Below are positions 60,899 to 64,000 of a DNA stretch of 64,000 nucleotides, piece by piece; position 1 is the first letter of the stretch, and each line of letters begins with the position of its first letter. The notes beneath the pieces were generated by a model. That model did not search any database. It was not told the origin of the DNA and saw only the letters and a list, made by a program, of their open reading frames with translations. This DNA is from Mobula hypostoma (Eukaryota): assembly GCF_963921235.1 (NCBI RefSeq), contig NC_086097.1:52702001-52766000 (forward strand), given 5' to 3'. The position numbers and the translations under genes are program-made.

Positions 60899-63416
60899 TT
60901 AATGTCTGAGAAAAAGTTTTGGAAGACTTTTACTATATCAATAGTAGGCAACTTTTTAGTGGGAAGAGCCAGAGGAAACTTCTGACAACCATTCAGGAGA
61001 ATCACACTGTATTTTGTCCAAACCATTCAGAAAAATATTTAAGTCCTAAGTGTGCCGTTCTGAGATTCCTGAGAACATTGGGTGAGCTGTCAGACAGGAC
61101 AAAGACTGACCTCACAGTACAGCTGGGATAAGAAATGATTGGATTCATCATGTATCATTTTGGCTCCACAGTACCAGAATGATACCATGGATAAGGGGTA
61201 TAGTGATATGGGGAGACAAGGGATGAAGAACTTGTCATTCTTACAGCAGAGAATTGTAACACAAGATTTGATAAAGATGTCAAAATTAATGTAGATAAGG
61301 TTATAATGAGAAAGACTTCTTGTGGTAGAAAGATTGATAACCAGGCAATAAGATTTAAATCAAATATGTTTCAATTGTAACTTTTCCCAGTTCCGATGAA
61401 AGGTCATCAACTTGAAATATTAATTCTGTTTCTTTGTTCAAAGCTGCTGCCTGAACTGCTTTCTATTTCCAGCATGTACTATTTATATCACAGATTTCCA
61501 GCATGGTTTTACTTCTCAAACACAAAACGGGAGGTGCTAGAGTCAAAGAGTCATAGAGAGGTACAATGCAGAAACAGGCCCTTCAGCCCATCTAGTCCAT
61601 GCTGAAACCATTTAAACTACTTACTCCCACCGACCTGCACTGGGACCATAGCTCTCCCTACCCAAATATCCACGTACTTATCCAAACTTCTCTTAAATGT
61701 TGAGCTCACATGCACCAACTGTGCTGGCAGCTCATTCCACACTCTCACAACGCTCTGAGTGAAGATGTTTTCCCTCATGTTCCCCTTAAACTTTTCAGTT
61801 TTCACCCTTAACCCACAATCTCTGGTTGTAGTCCCACACAACCTCGTGGGAAAAAGCCTGCTTGCATTTACCCTATCTGTATCCCTCATAATTCTGTTCA
61901 AATCTCCTCTCGGTCTTCTACGTTCTAAAGAATTCTGTCCTAGCCTATTCAATCTTATAACTCAGGTCCTTCATACCCAGCAATATCCTTGTAAATTTTC
62001 TCTGTACCCTTTCAAACTTGTTTACATCTTTTCTGTAGGAGGGTAACCAAATCTGCACACAGTACTCCAACATCTTATACAACTTCAACATATCACCCCA
62101 TCTCCTGTACTCAATACATTTATTTATGAAGGCCAATGTGCCAAAAGCTTTTTTATGACCCTGTCTACCTGTGACGCCACTTTCAATGAATTACGTACAT
62201 GTTTTCCCAGATCCCTTTGTTCTACCACACTCCTCAGTGCCCTACCATTCACTGTGTAGGACCTGGCTTGTTGGTTCTAGCAAGGTGCAACACCTCGCAC
62301 TTGTCTGCATTAAATTCCATCTGCCAGTTTTCCGCCCATTTTTCCAGCTGATGCAGATCCCTCTGCAAACCACGATAGCCTTCCTCACTATCCACTACAC
62401 CCCCAATCTTGGTGCCATCCGCAAATTTGCTGATCCAGTTAACCCCATTATCATCCAGGTATTGATATAGATGACAAACGACAAAGCACTGATTCCTGTG
62501 GCACACCACTAGTCACAGGCCTCTGGTCAGAGAGGCAACCCTCTACTACCACTCTCTGGCTTGTCCAACAAAACAAATGTCTAATCCAATTTACTACTTC
62601 ATCCTAAAAGTCGAGCAACCATCTTGACCAGCCTACCACATGGGACCTTTTCAAATGATTGCTGAAGTCCATGACGACACCATCCACTTCATCTCCTTTC
62701 CTGGTAACTTCCTCAAAGAACTCTAGAAGATTGGTTAGACATGGTCTACCAAGCACAAAGCCATGCTGACTATCCTTAATCAGTCCATGTTTATCCAAAT
62801 ACTTGATATCCTGTCGCTAAGAATATATTCCAATAATTTTCCCACAACTGATGTCAAACTCACTGGCCTATAGCTTCCAGGTTTCTGTTTTAGGTCTTTT
62901 TTTAACAGCAGATCAACATTGGTCATACCCCAATCCTCTGGTACTTCTCCTATCACTAAGGATGATTTAAATATCTCTGCTAAGGATCCAGCAATTTCTG
63001 CACTTGCCTCCCGTAGGGTCTGAAGGAAACTTTGCCAGACCCTGGGAATTTATCTGCCCTGATTTGCCTCAGGGTAGTAAGCACCTCCTCCTCTATAGTC
63101 TGTACAGGGTAGATGAAATTGATGCTTTGCCTCATTTCTATAGACTCTGAGTCCAATTCCTAAGTAAATACAGATACAAAGAATTCAATTAAGATCTCCC
63201 CCATCTGTTTTGGTTCCACACATCGATTACCATTCTGGTCTTCCAGAGGACTAATTATGTCCCTTGAATACTTTTGCACTGAACATATCTGTAGAATCCA
63301 TTAGGATTCTCCTTCATCTTCTCTGCTAGAGTGACTTCATGCTTTATTTTAGCCTTCCTGATTTCTTTCTTAAGAGTTCTCTTGTATTTCTTTTAATCCA
63401 TAAGCACCTGATTTGC

Positions 63417-63510
63417 AACACACATCAAAGTTGCTGGTGAACGCAGCAGGCCAAGCAGCATCTATAGGAAGAGGCGCAGTCGACGTTTCAGGCCGAGACC
63501 CTTCGTCAGG
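63417..63510 (-). mobile_element. 94-bp PLE terminal insertion (HHR plus 3' trailer only)
   Basis: 11-bp TSD ACCTGATTTGC at 63406-63416 and 63511-63521; nearly identical to 33167-33258. Confidence 0.92.
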
Positions 63511-63513
63511 ACC
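63478..63513 (-). ncRNA. Minimal type I hammerhead ribozyme, intact core
   Basis: Minus: GGTC CTGACGA AGG gtctcgg CCT GAAA C GTC GACT. Confidence 0.75.
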
Positions 63514-64000
63514 TGATTTGCTCTAGCTTCCCTATACCTGCCATGCACCTCCTTTTCTCTCTTAACTAGGGCCTCAATATCTTTTGAAAACCAAGGTTCC
63601 TGACACTTGTTATCTTTACTTTTTATTCTGACAGGCACACGCAATCTTTGTTTTTGAAGACCTCCCACTTACCAAGTACGCCTTTGCCAGAAAGCATACT
63701 TCTACATACTGACGAAGGAAACTTTCCTGAACACATTTGACAAACTCTATCCCTTCTAGCCCTGTGACAGTATGGGATTCCCAGTCAACATGTGGAAAGT
63801 TCAAATCCCCTTCTACGACAACCTTATGAATCTTGCAGCAGTCTGAGGTCTCTTTACAAATTTGTGCCTCTAAATCCCTCGGACTGTTGGGTGGCCTGTA
63901 ATATAGCCCCATTAACGTAGTCATACCTTTCTTATGTCTCAGTTCCACCCATGATGCCTCAGGAGTTGAGTTTTCCAGCCTGTCCTCACTGAGCACTTCC

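Larger units (their letters stand above)
61548..64000 (-). mobile_element. Decayed CR1 LINE ORF2 (APE to 3' end), continuing beyond the window
   Basis: 'GLYYRPPNS...VVEGDLNFPHVDW', 'SQHGFVLGRPCLTNLLEFFEEV', 'ISKFADGTKIGG', 'FTQSVVRVWNELP'. Confidence 0.92.

Overview
Eukaryotic, non-genic DNA that is almost entirely a patchwork of decayed, nested transposable elements. The mix of abundant CR1 LINEs, V-domain tRNA SINEs, Rex1/Babar LINEs, Penelope-like elements (PLEs), L1, Gypsy-type LTRs and Tc1/mariner and hAT derivatives suggests a vertebrate, most likely a cartilaginous fish (inference). I found no host protein-coding gene, rRNA, tRNA gene or CRISPR array; every recognisable ORF is TE-derived. 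The most interesting signal is a family of PLE 3' termini carrying a minimal type I hammerhead ribozyme (HHR): AGTC-CTGA[T/C]GA-stem II-GAAAC-GTC-GACT, with a palindromic ACGT replacing helix III. Four copies have intact cores and many more are degenerate. Several occur as tiny (94-334 bp) ORF-less, often fold-back insertions with 11-17 bp target-site duplications (TSDs), and some have breakpoints at the ribozyme. Other notable structures: a four-level nested insertion (CR1>L1>solo LTR>young CR1), twin solo LTRs with separate TSDs, two local inverted duplications, a mariner-type MITE with nested TIRs, and a hAT relic ending at a perfect splice donor. Family names come from motif recognition by eye, and boundaries without a TSD are approximate.
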